Notes: a model not told the origin generated them from the sequence alone. DNA of 63,885 bases, filler included, from Octopus bimaculoides (GCF_001194135.2; 9 parts of 8 records of this genome joined end to end with filler, not necessarily neighbours in it), one strand, 5' to 3'; shown: positions 39,303-51,839, numbered from the whole stretch's first letter. Made by a program: numbers and translations.

Positions 39303-40034
39303 ACCACTACTTTCAAAAACAAACGTTGCAAAGCGTTTAGAGTGGAGAAAAATCTTACAGAATTAATCCCTAGAGCAGTGGAAGACTGTTATTTTCTCGG
39401 ACGACTCATCCTTTACCTTATTTCCAACCACCGGCCAAGTATACGTGTGGAGACAGACAAAAGAAGCATTTAACCCAGACTGCTTTCTTCCAACTGTTAA
39501 ACATGCAGGAGGATCTGTGATAACCTAGGGGGCTATGTCTTGAAAATTCGCCGGCCCAGTAGTTTCCCTTCAAGGCAGAATTAAAAGTGAAGACTATTTA
39601 AGCATTTTATCTGATCAAATTAATCCTATGATTGCGGAATTGTTTCCGGAGGGAAGAGCAAGCTTTCAGGATGATAATGCACCAATTCACACAGCTAAAG
39701 TTGTTACTCAATGGCACGAGGAACATTCTAATGAAGTTGAACATCTTATCTGGCCACCGCACTCCCCAGATCTCAATATCATGGAACATTTATGGTGCAT
39801 TTTAGTAAAACAAGTAAAGAGTCAATATCCCCCACCATCATCACTACACAAACTGGAGACTGTTTTAGCTTACGAATGGACAAAAATTCCTTTGGAAACA
39901 ATTCAAACATTGTATGTATAAGTCCATATCTCGTAGTATTCAAGCTGTAATTACTGCCAGAGGCGTTCCAACCCCATATTAAAATAAATTTGTTTGAAAT
40001 TTTAAGGTGTTTCCATTATTTTGTCCAATCCCTG
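39303..40034 (+). mobile_element. Tc1-family transposase relic with right terminus
   Basis: HAGGSVI and FQDDNAPIHTAK...WPPHSPDLNIMEHLW motifs (ORF 39628-39921); ends ...CCCTG/TA. Confidence 0.9.
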
Positions 40035-40485
40035 TATATATATATATATATACATATATACATCCATATATATATATACATATACATATATATATACATA
40101 TATATATCTATATATACATATAAATCTATGTGTATACATGTATATACTCTTTTACTCTTTTACTTGTTTTAGTCATTTGACTGCGGCCATGCTGGAGCAC
40201 CGCCTTTAGTCGAAAAAATCGACCCCAGGACTTATTCTTTCTAAGCCTAGTACTTATTCTATCGGTCTCTTTTTGCCGAACCGCTAAGTTACGGGACGTA
40301 AACACACCAGCATCGGTTGTCAAGCGATGGTTGGGGGACAAACACAAATACACACACATATNNNNNNNNNNNNNNNNNNNNNNNNNNNNNNNNNNNNNNN
40401 NNNNNTTAATTAATTAANNNNNNNNNNNNNNNNNNNNNNNNNNNNNNNNNNNNNNNNNNNNCACCACCACCACCACCACCACCAC

Positions 40486-40524
<39 letters not shown>

Positions 40525-40525
<1 letters not shown>

Positions 40526-40735
40526 GGGGAGCTGGCAGAATCGTTAGATGGCTGGATGAAATGCTTGGTGGTATATCACCCGTCGTTAGGTTCTGAGTTC
40601 AAATTCCGCCGAGGTCGACTTTGCCTTTCATCCCTTCCGGGGTCGATAACTTAAGTACCAGTTACGCACTGGTGTCGATGTGATTGTCTCTTCCCTTCCT
40701 CACAACATTTCAGGCCTTGTGCCTCTAGTAAAAGG
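40525..40735 (+). mobile_element. SINE-like dispersed repeat (family A: GAGCTGGCAGAATCGTTAG...GGTCGACTTTGCCTTTCATCC)
   Basis: Other copies at about 14205-14900 (cluster of degraded copies), 26795-26925(-), 55390-55590(-), 63710-63885(-). Confidence 0.9.
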
Positions 40736-40859
40736 GATTCTTCTTCTTCTTCTTCCTTTTCTTCTTCTCCTTCTTCCGTCTTCCTCTTCTTCTCCTTCTT
40801 CCGTTTTCCTCTTCTTCTCCTTCTTCCGTCTTCCTCTTCTTCTCCTTCTTCTGTCTTCC

Positions 40860-40903
<44 letters not shown>

Positions 40904-41488
40904 TTCTTCTTCTTCTTCTTCTTCTTCTTCTTTCTATTTATCTGTCTGTCTGTCTATCTGCCTTTTTTCTGTCCCCCCTCTCTTTCTCTCCCTCCCCTCC
41001 CCNNNNNNNNNNNNNNNNNNNNNNNNNNNNNNNNNNNNNNNNNNNNNNNNNNNNNNNNNNNNNNNNNNNNNNNNNNNNNNNNNNNNNNNNNNNNNNNNNN
41101 NNNNNNNNNNNNNNNNNNNNNNNNNNNNNNNNNNNNNNNNNNNNNNNNNNNNNNNNNNNNNNNNNNNNNNNNNNNNNNNNNNNNNNNNNNNNNNNNNNNN
41201 NNNNNNNNNNNNNNNNNNNNNNNNNNNNNNNNNNNNNNNNNNNNNNNNNNNNNNNNNNNNNNNNNNNNNNNNNNNNNNNNNNNNNNNNNNNNNNNNNNNN
41301 NNNNNNNNNNNNNNNNNNNNNNNNNNNNNNNNNNNNNNNNNNNNNNNNNNNNNNNNNNNNNNNNNNNNNNNNNNNNNNNNNNNNNNNNNNNNNNNNNNNN
41401 NNNNNNNNNNNTCTCTTTCCTTCCCTCTGCAGCCTCTTGTTTTTTTCTGCTTCACTTCATCATTAAAGAAACATCAACAATAACAGTG

Positions 41489-41543
<55 letters not shown>

Positions 41544-42130
41544 AGAAGTGTAATGGGCAAAGACTGGTGAAGGAGGGTCAGATACTCTGTGTGTGTGTGT
41601 GTGTGGTAAGAAGTTTGCTTCCCAACCACATGGTTCCCGGTTCGGTACCACAGTGCAGCAACTTGGGCAAGTGTCTTCTACAGCCACGGGCCAGCCAAAG
41701 CTTTCTGAGTGGATTTGGTAGACAGAAACTGAAAGAAGCCTCTCAGATATATATGTATGTGTGTGTCTAAGCTTGACAACTGGTGTTAGTGTGTTTACAT
41801 CCTCGTAACTAGCAGTTCAGCAAAAGAGATTGATAGATGAAGTACCAGGCTTTTAAAAAATAAGTACCTGGGGTTGACACATTTGATACATTCGACTAAG
41901 AATTCTTCAAGGTTGTGCCCCAGCATGGCCTCGTTATTAATGTTCATAATTGGCAGATGGAGTGTGCAAAAAGTTCAAAGATATACAACCAGGCGCTATT
42001 TGTCAATCTTTCTTCCTTGATGAAGGAAGCCAGTATCTCAGTAATGTTTATATGCATCTTCTCCAAGTTGCATATCCTCGATTTGTTATTAACACATTAA
42101 TTAACTCTCAATGTCATTTATTTATTGCAG

Positions 42131-42215
42131 GTGGTATCTAAAACTGCTGGTACAGCCTTACATGAGGCTGCCTTCTTCTGTAAATTAGATGTGGTGAAAC
42201 TTCTGTTAGAAAGAG
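42131..42215 (+). CDS. Ankyrin-repeat exon (VVSKTAGTALHEAAFFCKLDVVKLLLER)
   Basis: tttattgcag acceptor, GTAAGT donor, 85 nt (phase 0 to 1), TALHxAA ankyrin motif. Confidence 0.9.
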
Positions 42216-42568
42216 GTAAGTGTGTTAATTAATTAATTAATAATTAATCTAAATTCAGAAACTGGTTCCTTGTAGCATAATGCAAAAAGTATTCCCCTGA
42301 TGATTTCTGGGGGTTAAGCATCCATTTGCATTTCACCCCCCACTGCAGAGGACGTCAATTCCATTATGGTGGTGGTATATCTTCTCGGTTATGGCAATGC
42401 ACTTCATATCTTGGTTCTCTATGTGGTTAGGAAGTTTGCTTTCCATTCACATGGTTCCAGGTTCAGTCCCACTGCGTGTCATCTTGAGCAAGTGTCTTTT
42501 ACCATAGCCTTGGGTTGACCAAAACCTTGTGAGTGGATTTGGTAGATGGAAACTGAAAGAAGCCTGTC

Positions 42569-42602
<34 letters not shown>

Positions 42603-44167
42603 TACGGAGATGCAATTGCCCAGTGGTTAGGGCAGTGGACTCGCAGTCGTAGGATCGTGGTTTCAATTCCCAGACCGGGCGTTGTGAGTGTTCATTAAGC
42701 GAAAACACCTAAAGCTCCACGAGGCTCCGGCAGGGGATGGTGGCGAACTCTGCTGTACTCTTTCACCACATCTTTCTCTCACTCTTTCTTCCTGTTGTAC
42801 CTGTATTTCAAAGGGTCAGCCTTGTCACACTNNNNNNNNNNNNNNNNNNNNNNNNNNNNNNNNNNNNNNNNNNNNNNNNNNNNNNNNNNNNNNNNNNNNN
42901 NNNNNNNNNNNNNNNNNNNNNNNNNNNNNNNNNNNNNNNNNNNNNNNNNNNNNNNNNNNNNNNNNNNNNNNNNNNNNNNNNNNNNNNNNNNNNNNNNNNN
43001 NNNNNNNNNNNNNNNNNNNNNNNNNNNNNNNNNNNNNNNNNNNNNNNNNNNNNNNNNNNNNNNNNNNNNNNNNNNNNNNNNNNNNNNNNNNNNNNNNNNN
43101 NNNNNNNNNNNNNNNNNNNNNNNNNNNNNNNNNNNNNNNNNNNNNNNNNNNNNNNNNNNNNNNNNNNNNNNTATATATATATGATTATATATATATATAT
43201 ATATATATATACATACATACATACATACATATATACCTTTCTATTGTAGAGTTCCTGGAACATGGCAATCGTTATGCTGAGGTGAAACAGCAAGGCTCCG
43301 GGATGGACTCGCCGTCAAACCGACTGTCCAAAGACCCGAACACAATGATAAATCCTGTAGCTATGGCAATGGAGACCGGTGGCACCGGCTCCATCGGCTC
43401 TCAGGATACCCCGAAGGTTGTGAGTGACATCTACACACAGCCGGTTCGAATGCGACGTCGACCTCCTCCGCCTGTCCCCGAGAATGCCAGGTACGTATGT
43501 GGTAGTGGTGGTGGTGGTAGTGTTGGTGGTAGTGTTGCTTTGTTCGTGTTGTAGTTGTTGCTGTCTTCGTTGAACCTTTGCTTAGTCCTAATACATACAA
43601 ACCCATGATCAAAGTCGCTCCAACTGTGACCATCCCATCTTTTATTCAGGCATAGTGTATCTAGGACTACATCATCTAATGTATAGTATAGTAGTTCGTA
43701 TTAGTGGCTATAGCTGTTGTTTAGCCCCAGGTCAGTCCTGATCCAGACACACCTACGATCAAAGACGCTCCAGCTGTGACCATCCCATCTTTTATTCAGA
43801 CGTAGTGTATCTAGGACTACATTATCCAATGTACAGCACAGTTACTGTTCTCTTAGACCAGGGTCCATTTTCCCTCAATCACAGTAAAACTGGGAATGTG
43901 TTAAAGAGTATTAGAGGGGTTCCCCTCTACCCATGCCCACCACTGCAGATTACAAAGTACTTGATTCTTCGTTTCTTTGATCTTTTCATTTTGTGATATT
44001 ATTGTAAATGGGTCTTCATTTACTAATTATGATTTTTACTAATTTGCTTTTGTTGTTGCTGTTATTGTTGTTACAATTATTTTATTATCATTTTGTTATT
44101 GTTGTTGTTGTTATTATTATTATTATCATTATTATTATTATCATTATTATTATCATTATTATTATTA

Positions 44168-44243
<76 letters not shown>

Positions 44244-45235
44244 GCANNNNNNNNNNNNNNNNNNNNNNNNNNNNNNNNNNNNNNNNNNNNNNNNNNNNNN
44301 NNNNNNNNNNNNNNNNNNNNNNNNNNNNNNNNNNNNNNNNNNNNNNNNNNNNNNNNNNNNNNNNNNNNNNNNNNNNNNNNNNNNNNNNNNNNNNNNNNNN
44401 NNNNNNNNNNNNNNNNNNNNNNNNNNNNNNNNNNNNNNNNNNNNNNNNNNNNNNNNNNNNNNNNNNNNNNNNNNNNNNNNNNNNNNNNNNNNNNNNNNNN
44501 NNNNNNNNNNNNNNNNNNNNNNNNNNNNNNNNNNNNNNNNNNNNNNNNNNNNNNNNNNNNNNNNNNNNNNNNNNNNNNNNNNNNNNNNNNNNNNNNNNNN
44601 NNNNNNNNNNNNNNNNNNNNNNNNNNNNNNNNNNNNNNNNNNNNNNNNNNNNNNNNNNNNNNNNNNNNNNNNNNNNNNNNNNNNNNNNNNNNNNNNNNNN
44701 NNNNNNNNNNNNNNNNNNNNNNNNNNNNNNNNNNNNNNNNNNNNNNNNNNNNNNNNNNNNNNNNNNNNNNNNNNNNNNNNNNNNNNNNNNNNNNNNNNNN
44801 NNNNNNNNNNNNNNNNNNNNNNNNNNNNNNNNNNNNNNNNNNNNNNNNNNNNNNNNNNNNNNNNNNNNNNNNNNNNNNNNNNNNNNNNNNNNNNNNNNNN
44901 NNNNNNNNNNNNNNNNNNNNNNNNNNNNNNNNNNNNNNNNNNNNNNNNNNNNNNNNNNNNNNNNNNNNNNNNNNNNNNNNNNNNNNNNNNNNNNNNNNNN
45001 NNNNNNNNNNNNNNNNNNNNNNNNNNNNNNNNNNNNNNNNNNNNNNNNNNNNNNNNNNNNNNNNNNNNNNNNNNNNNNNNNNNNNNNNNNNNNNNNNNNN
45101 NNNNNNNNNNNNNNNNNNNNNNNNNNNNNNNNNNNNNNNNNNNNNNNNNNNNNNNNNNNNNNNNNNNNNNNNNNNNNNNNNNNNNNNNNNNNNNNNNNNN
45201 NNNNNNNNNNNNNNNNNNNNNNNNNNNNNNNNNNN

Positions 45236-45279
<44 letters not shown>

Positions 45280-48069
45280 GGTGGGAAGCTGGTAGAGTGG
45301 TTAGAATGCCAGGCAAAATGCTTCATGGTATTTTGCCCGCCACTATGTTCTGGGTTATAATGGACTGTTCCTCGCATCCTTTCCCAGTTGCTAACCCCTA
45401 ACTACAACCCCCCCCCACCTTCCTCCGGTGTATTTCAGATCATGTGACTATGTTTAAAACTTCGTTATGCACTGTTTTCATGCACATTATTGTTGTTGTT
45501 ACTGTTGTTAGTGTTGTTAGTGATGTGAGTGATGTGTTGCCCTCAACACCAGACTCTGAGCCGAGTGGCACCGACAAGGGGCAGCCGCAAGAGCTGGGCC
45601 CACCCATAAGTGTAAGGTAAGACGGAACATTTGAAGGAAGGCTGAGGGAGGGAGTGAGAGAGAGAGCGAATGAATGGGAGAGAGGGAGAGAGAGATAGAG
45701 TGGGTGAGAGGGAGAGGAAGAGAAGGAGTGAGAGAGAGAGAGAGGGGAAGACAGAGAGAATGGGTGAGAGGGAGAGAAAGATAGTGGGTGAGAGGGAGAG
45801 GAAGAAAAGGAGTGAGTGGGAAGGAAGAGAGAGGAAGTGAAAGAGCGAGAGGGGAAGACAGAGAGAATGGGTGAGAGGGAGAGAAAGAAGAGAGGGAGAA
45901 GGTAGTGAGAGGGAGAGAAAGGCGAGTGGGAGAAGGTAGTGAGAGGGAGAGAGAGATAGTGGGTGAGAGGGAGAGGAAGAGAAGGAGAGGAAGACAGAGA
46001 GAATGAGTGAGAGGGAGAGAGAGTGAATGAGGGGTGGAGAGAGAGGGAAAGAGAAAAGAGTGGCTGTGAAGGAGAGAGAGAGATAAAGTGGGTGAGAGGG
46101 AGAGGAAGAGAAAGAGTGAGTGGGAAGGAAGAGAGAGGAAGACAGAGAGAAAAGAGAGAGAGAGGAAGAGAGTGAGAGATATTTTAACAATTCTTTTATG
46201 CCATTTCTTAATATTTAATTATAAAAACATAATTGGAATTTTTGAAACATTGAATTGATTTAAGGATCCAGTGGAACTTCATTCAAGTGATATACACACT
46301 GGCAAATAATATGGACTGTATATATATATATATGTGTATGTGTATATGCATGTGTGTGTTTGTGTGTATATATATATATATATATATGTATGAATATGTA
46401 TTTGTACATGTGTATGTGTATATCTATATGTATGTATATATGTGCATGTGTGTATATATCTATATGTATGTATGTATATATGTGTGTGTATATATATGTA
46501 TATTTATGTGTGTGTATATATATATGTATGTATATATGTGTGTGTATATATATGTATATTTATGTGTGTGTGTGTGTGTATATATATGCATATTTTCTGT
46601 AAATTTGAACTATGTATACATATATATGTGTGTATATAAATATGAGTATATATATATGTGTGTGTGGATATACATATATATGTATATAAATATATGTGTA
46701 TTTGTATTTGTGTGTGTATATATCTATATGTATGTATATATNNNNNNNNNNNNNNNNNNNNNNNNNNNNNNNNNNNNNNNNNNNNNNNNNNNNNNNNNNN
46801 NNNNNNNNNNNNNNNNNNNNNNNNNNNNNNNNNNNNNNNNNNNNNNNNNNNNNNNNNNNNNNNNNNNNNNNNNNNNNNNNNNNNNNNNNNNNNNNNNNNN
46901 NNNNNNNNNNNNNNNNNNNNNNNNNNNNNNNTGTATATATGTGTGTGTATATATCTATATGTATGTATATATGTGTTTATATATCTCTGTATGTGTGTAT
47001 ATATCTATATGTATGTATATATGTGTGTGTATATATCTATATGTATGTATATATGTGTTTATATATCTCTGTATGTGTGTATATATCTATATGTATGTAT
47101 ATATGTGTGTGTATATATCTATATGTATGTATATGTATTCTTGGATTCTTGCAGCCCTCCAAAGGAAGAAAGCCCACCTCCGGTTCCACCCAGAAGTCCG
47201 ACGTTATTGAAGAATCTATGGCAATCTACAAAATACGAAACGATACAGGATGGTATGCTACTAGCTTTGTATTTCTTTCCATTACAAATTCCCTATAGAG
47301 GTCTCCCTCATTGGCTCATACATACATATATACATAGATCAGAGAGTAGGGTGTGATTTGAGGGAGATTTGGCTGCTATTTCTAGCATGTCTAGCTACCA
47401 TGTAGAGGTCTCCCTCATTGGCTCATACATACATATATACATAGATAAGAGAGTAGGGTGTGATTTGAGGGAGATTTGGTTGCTATTTATAGCAGGTCCA
47501 GCTACCATGTAGAGGTCTCCCTCATTGGCTCATACATACATATATACATAGATAAGAGAGTAGGGTGTGATTTGAGGGAGATTTGACTGCTATTTCTACC
47601 AGTTCTAGCTACCTTGTAGAGGTCTCCCTCATTGGCTCATACATATATACATAGATAAGAGAGAAGGGTGTGATTTGAGGGAGACTTGGCTGCTATTTAT
47701 ACCAGGTAGCGGTTTCCCTTATTGACTCATATATACATAGATAAGACAGTAAGGTGTGATCCTCTGTAGAATTTAAAGCCAGCTCTGAATGTTATGATGT
47801 TTCCTACAGGAAAACATCTTTGTAAACAATTCAATCAAAAATAGAAAAATAGGTAATAGATGTATATACATATTTCAGGAATCATTACTCTTTTCTCAGT
47901 ATTTAATAATTTTATACATTAAACATGATTATATTTTCATCCCTGTTTCCATTCTAGACAACCGGAGTATTGGCAGTGTTGAGAGTGTTCCGGGAACGAT
48001 AGCTCACGTCCAGTCAATGGATGCGGCCTGTGCCGGGCGGACTTCACCACAAGTAGGTATAGTTTTTGC

Positions 48070-48119
<50 letters not shown>

Positions 48120-48204
48120 TTTAATTGTTACTTATCTCTTTTTTTTTTGTTTCTTCTTTCGTCCGACAGGACATGCCTCGGAAACCTCCCAGGCGAAGAC
48201 ACCC
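42131..48204 (+). CDS. Partial spliced gene: ankyrin repeat plus Pro/Ser-rich linker, ANKS1 (Odin/AIDA-1)/caskin-like scaffold protein; exons 42131-42215, 43250-43490, 45521-45616, 47155-47252, 47958-48052, 48170->48204
   Basis: All introns are GT-AG and phases match across all five junctions (1,2,2,1,0) with no stop. Exon 1 gives VVSKTAGTALHEAAFFCKLDVVKLLLER, matching the ankyrin motif GTALHEAA..K..VV..LL of ANKS1/caskin. A disordered region with PxxP motifs follows rather than an SH3 domain, which favours ANKS1 (inference). Confidence 0.85.
42600..42831 (+). mobile_element. tRNA-derived SINE (family C)
   Basis: A-box/B-box head CCCAGTGGTTAGG...GGTTTCAATTCC; copies at 25385-25570(-) and 24070-24150(-). 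Confidence 0.85.
43250..43490 (+). CDS. Exon EFLEHGNRYAEVKQQ...RMRRRPPPPVPENA
   Basis: ctattgtag acceptor, GTACGT donor, 241 nt (phase 1 to 2); GC-rich non-repetitive island, open in the ORF track. Confidence 0.85.
44050..45280. repeat. (ATT)n tract spanning a large gap
   Basis: ATT runs on both sides of the Ns. Confidence 0.9.
45521..45616 (+). CDS. Exon SDVSDVLPSTPDSEPSGTDKGQPQELGPPISV
   Basis: gttgttag acceptor, GTAAGA donor, 96 nt symmetric phase 2-2, in frame with its neighbours. Confidence 0.75.
45620..47140. repeat. Intronic (GA)-rich tract then (TA/TG) compound microsatellites
   Basis: Directly visible. Confidence 0.9.
47155..47252 (+). CDS. Exon SPPKEESPPPVPPRSPTLLKNLWQSTKYETIQD
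   Basis: ttcttgcag acceptor, GTATGC donor, 98 nt (phase 2 to 1). Confidence 0.85.
47296..47760 (+). repeat. 107-bp tandem repeat, about 4.3 copies
   Basis: Units at 47296, 47403, 47510 and 47617; core GATTTGAGGGAGATTTGGCTGCTATTTCTAGC also occurs inverted near 35235-35270. Confidence 0.9.
47958..48052 (+). CDS. Exon DNRSIGSVESVPGTIAHVQSMDAACAGRTSPQ
   Basis: tttccattctag acceptor, GTAGGT donor, 95 nt (phase 1 to 0). Confidence 0.8.
48170..48204 (+). CDS. Exon start DMPRKPPRRRH, truncated by assembly gap
   Basis: Long polypyrimidine tract plus ccgacag acceptor, phase 0 matching the previous exon; runs into Ns. Confidence 0.75.
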
Positions 48205-48304
48205 NNNNNNNNNNNNNNNNNNNNNNNNNNNNNNNNNNNNNNNNNNNNTTAATTAATTAANNNNNNNNNNNNNNNNNNNNNNNNNNNNNNNNNNNNNNNN
48301 NNNN

Positions 48305-48485
48305 GGCTTATCGACACACGACTGTGTCCTGTTTGCCAAGGGAGTTATCCCTCTCACCTCGACCAGCAGCACGAACGTATCCGGATTTCAGGGTTATTTC
48401 CCTTCGTCGGCGTTCGACAGCTGATGACCTTGGTGAGAGGGATAACTCCCTTGGCAAACAGGACACAGTCGTGTGTCGATAAGCC
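48305..48485. repeat. Perfect 54-bp inverted repeat with 73-nt spacer
   Basis: 48305-48358 is the exact reverse complement of 48432-48485. Confidence 0.92.
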
Positions 48486-48662
48486 AGCTGGAGGAGATGT
48501 CCTCCTGGGGCTAAAAGCAACAGTAACATCCACCCCTAGGGGTCAGCCACACTTAAGTGGCAATATACTACACTTTATCGTGCAGTTACTGTTAATACTT
48601 CATTTAGAGAATTAACATTGCTTATATATACAAAGATATAAATATATACATACATGCATACA

Positions 48663-48694
<32 letters not shown>

Positions 48695-49089
48695 GAAACA
48701 TGTATATAAATACATATTCAAAGTAATAGAAATGAAACTAACATATATATAGGTACATAAAGAAAGTAACTGAAATTCAACCATATAATAGTGAAAGTAT
48801 TAGTAGATATGATATTGTTTAACTTTTGACACATGATACGAAACAGTATAAGAGAAACAGAATGCTCCGGGCTCTTACTAGGCTAGATGTTGAAAATCGT
48901 TTAAGGCCCATGACACTACATGGATCCTAAGTAACGCTTTTGTAAAATCCATTGGGTAGTTCTCAAGTTTTAGTGATGCACACATAGAGACAGACAGACA
49001 CACACACAGAAACACACATACACACATACACACAAACGCACACATCCAAACACGGACACATACAGAAACACACACAAACACATTCTCAG

Positions 49090-50200
49090 CTTTACATATA
49101 TATAGATGAGATTCCAGTGCTTAGATCTTGGGTGCATCCAGGTGCTTTTATATTTATTTCTCTGCTTAAACAGAGTCTTGGAAATAACCATACCAGATTA
49201 TTCTCAGTGCAGAACGTGAAAAGATCTACTCCATTTTTATTACATTTTCCAATACCATGTCGGCGTAAAACAGGCCATGAAACGTAGTCATTTCCAATTC
49301 TTGCGTTGAAATTTCCCGATATGACCAGCTTATCAGAAATTGGTACTTTCCTCAATAATTCTACTAGATCGTCATAAAACTGCCTTACACTTTCATCAGA
49401 ATGAGACATTGTTGGTGAATAAATACTGATAACGGTAAGAAACCTAGCTTTTGTTAGTTTTATACGGCATGACATGGTTTGTTCAGATATACCACTTCGA
49501 ATTTCTGCAATGGAGGATACTAATGAATTCTTGAGAGCAAACTGAACACAAACTTCTCTACGCTGACCCTCAGGTAGGCCTCTCCAAAGGATAGTATATC
49601 CAGAAATAGGTTCATTTATTTGACCCTCACCTAAAACACGAGCTTCAGAGAGCAAATATATCAAGGGAGCCCACTTGCAGTAAGTGTTGTACACTTTGTG
49701 GCCTCTTGTTGAAATTATCATTAAGAAGTGTGTGCACATTCCAAAAGCCACAATTCAGAGGATGTTTATTTTTACTTTTTCTTGAAGATTTTTTGTCCAC
49801 AGTGACAGGATGACGACCGGGCCCTGCCTGTGATACACTAGAACGCATGCCGAGGCAGACCTGTTCGCCTGACTTTCTCATTCTTTCTTTGCCATTTACT
49901 GAATCTGTTTGAGACATTTTAGAGTAAGTTACAAGTGCATTTTTAGGTTTCTGCAAACTAACTACTTCAATGATTTTACTAAGATTTGGTGTACAAAAAG
50001 TACGTGTGCAGATGAATAATTTTCAGTGAATGTAGCTTGCATTGCACTACCATTACCTATTGGCTCAAGAAGACTTTCTCCGATGTGACATGAACATTGA
50101 CAAAACTATGAATTTCCAAACCTACAGGTTTTATTTCGGAGATTTCCTTCTCCCAGGTAGATTACCAACCACGGTTAAAGAGGTAAGCTATCCTATTCCA
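49090..50200 (-). mobile_element. RTE-clade LINE 5' fragment: 5' UTR plus APE endonuclease, RT absent
   Basis: FWNVHTL, ALSEAR, GYTILWRG, ISIYSPT, GNFNARIG, TWMHPRSKHW motifs; frameshifted. Confidence 0.88.
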
Positions 50201-50819
50201 GAAACTCAACGGACAACCAAACACTCTATAAAGTGATCCGGTGTCCGATGCAGATTAGCTCTTTCATACATACAAAACATATATATTTATACATATGGAT
50301 ATATTTGTATGTATTTTGTATATACACACGAGTTTCGGTTTAAATTTGACAGTTTACACCAAAAGAAAAGAACGTCGGTACAAGACGTTCAAATGCTACA
50401 TAGCTATTGCCAAATTATTTATCAATTTTTGAAATAAGGTTCTCAGAAAACAGGTACGAATATTGAATAATTTTATGGAATGTCACATATAGTGGCGAAA
50501 ATGATTGTATTTGTACACATACTAACATTTTGAACGAACCAATATAATTCATTACAATAATTTGAAACGAAAGTACAACTTTCATATTCAGTATTTTATC
50601 TGGATGGCATGAATATAAGAAATCTGGGTGAATCAACATTTACGGACAAAGTGAAGACTTTACACATCTTTCTAATATCTATTTCTTCAAACAATCGAAA
50701 AGGCGTGTGACTATAATAATGTTTGTTATTGATGTCCTATACACATACACACATCATTTTTCTCCTTTTCTTTTCTCCCTTTCATTCTCTCTCAATTATA
50801 TCTCCTTATATATTTATAT

Positions 50820-50863
<44 letters not shown>

Positions 50864-51597
50864 NNNNNNNNNNNNNNNNNNNNNNNNNNNNNNNNNNNNN
50901 NNNNNNNNNNNNNNNNNNNNNNNNNNNNNNNNNNNNNNNNNNNNNNNNNNNNNNNNNNNNNNNNNNNNNNNNNNNNNNNNNNNNNNNNNNNNNNNNNNNN
51001 NNNNNNNNNNNNNNNNNNNNNNNNNNNNNNNNNNNNNNNNNNNNNNNNNNNNNNNNNNNNNNNNNNNNNNNNNNNNNNNNNNNNNNNNNNNNNNNNNNNN
51101 NNNNNNNNNNNNNNNNNNNNNNNNNNNNNNNNNNNNNNNNNNNNNNNNNNNNNNNNNNNNNNNNNNNNNNNNNNNNNNNNNNNNNNNNNNNNNNNNNNNN
51201 NNNNNNNNNNNNNNNNNNNNNNNNNNTATATATATATATGTATATATATATATCCGGTTGTGTTTGTGTATGACGTGTATGAACATTCGATAGTCTTACG
51301 CCTACACACTCACACACATGTATGTATGCAATTACACCAAAATTCCAATTAATTAGAGAGTAGGTATAATTGATATTATCTTCAATGTTACGGTGTTTTA
51401 ATGTTACTTGATTTATTGAACATATAAGAATTTAATACGTAATTATTATTGATAGAATACTCTATCCATCGTCTTCTCTCTTTTCTGTATTCTCTCTCAC
51501 TTTCTGACTAACTTACACACATTCATCCACGTGCATCTCATATATGTACATACATACACATGAGTATGTATGTGCGTATATATGTATGTATGTATAA

Positions 51598-51630
<33 letters not shown>

Positions 51631-51659
51631 CGCGCTCGTGTGTTTGAATGCGTGTATGA

Positions 51660-51736
<77 letters not shown>

Positions 51737-51805
51737 GAGACAGAGCGGAGTAATAGATAGATAGCTAGATAGATAGATAGATATATAGATAGATAGATAG
51801 ATAGA

Positions 51806-51839
<34 letters not shown>

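Noticed and set aside
41957-42041. Extra exon upstream of the ankyrin exon (MECAKSSK...)
   Set aside because: Phase-compatible but not ankyrin-like, with a weak acceptor
42349-42388. Candidate for the missing ankyrin exon (EDVNSIMV...)
   Set aside because: Only DVN resembles the expected motif, the donor is weak, and it runs toward a SINE
42600-42675. tRNA genes at SINE heads
   Set aside because: A/B boxes are present but they continue into repeat bodies found in multiple copies; no complete cloverleaf is evident
48421-48447. Hammerhead core CTGATGA inside the 54-bp IR block
   Set aside because: GATA rather than GAAA follows the possible stem II, and there is no stem I/III; similar lone CTGATGA near 42297 and 57889 were also rejected
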